From Mobula hypostoma (lineage: Eukaryota), in assembly GCF_963921235.1 (NCBI RefSeq), contig NC_086097.1, positions 173,540,001 to 173,604,000 on the forward strand: 64,000 nt of DNA. The letters are read 5' to 3'. The position numbers were made by a program, and so were the translations under genes. The notes beneath the pieces were generated by a model. The model did not search any database, was not told the origin of the DNA, and saw only the letters and a program-made list of their open reading frames with translations. This document shows positions 63,746 through 64,000 of this stretch, one piece after another (positions within the stretch are counted from its first letter, which is position 1; every line of letters starts with the position of its first letter).

Positions 63746-64000
63746 ATAGAAACATAGAAACATAGAAAATAGGTGCAGGAGTAGGCCATTCGGCCCTTCG
63801 AGCCTGCACCGCCATTTATTATGATCATGGCTGATCATCCAACTCAGAACCCAGCCTTCCCTCCATACCCCCTGACCCCTGTAGCCACAAGGGCCATATC
63901 TAACTTCCTTTTAAACATAGCTAATGAACTGGCCTCAACAGTTTGCTGTGGCAGAGAATTCCACAGATTCACCACTCTGTGTGAAGAAGTTTTTCCTAAC
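63746..64000 (-). mobile_element. CR1 LINE 3' end, same subfamily as 51060-54317; runs off the window end
   Basis: (TTTCTATG)n tail and 3' UTR closely match the reverse complement of 54055-54317. Confidence 0.9.

Noticed and set aside
1..64000. Prokaryotic RT-based systems (retron, DGR, group II intron)
   Set aside because: All RT fragments are CR1, Rex-Babar or Penelope type with eukaryotic endonucleases and tails, inside a spliceosomal-intron gene.

Overview
Eukaryotic, AT-rich, repeat-dense vertebrate DNA. The repeat set (CR1/HER1-like LINEs, HE1-like SINEs, Rex-Babar LINEs, Penelope-like elements) suggests a cartilaginous fish, probably a ray; this is inference. The whole window appears to lie inside the VPS13B (COH1) gene on the minus strand. 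Only two coding exons were found (62264-62398, 135 nt; 46431-46610, 180 nt), separated by a 15.7 kb intron and followed by an intron longer than 46 kb. The introns hold decayed and nested transposons: four large CR1 copies (one with a nearly intact ORF2), Rex-Babar fragments, a full-length Tc1 with about 210 bp TIRs, two internally deleted Tigger elements with a central hairpin, a PIF/Harbinger MITE and tRNA-derived SINEs. The most notable hidden signal is a dispersed family of about 10 minimal type-I hammerhead ribozyme motifs in Penelope terminal repeats. These include a 147-bp TSD-flanked mini-insertion with an intact core, oriented in the sense of the VPS13B pre-mRNA. All identifications come from reading the sequence and from recalled protein and repeat motifs; no searches were run.
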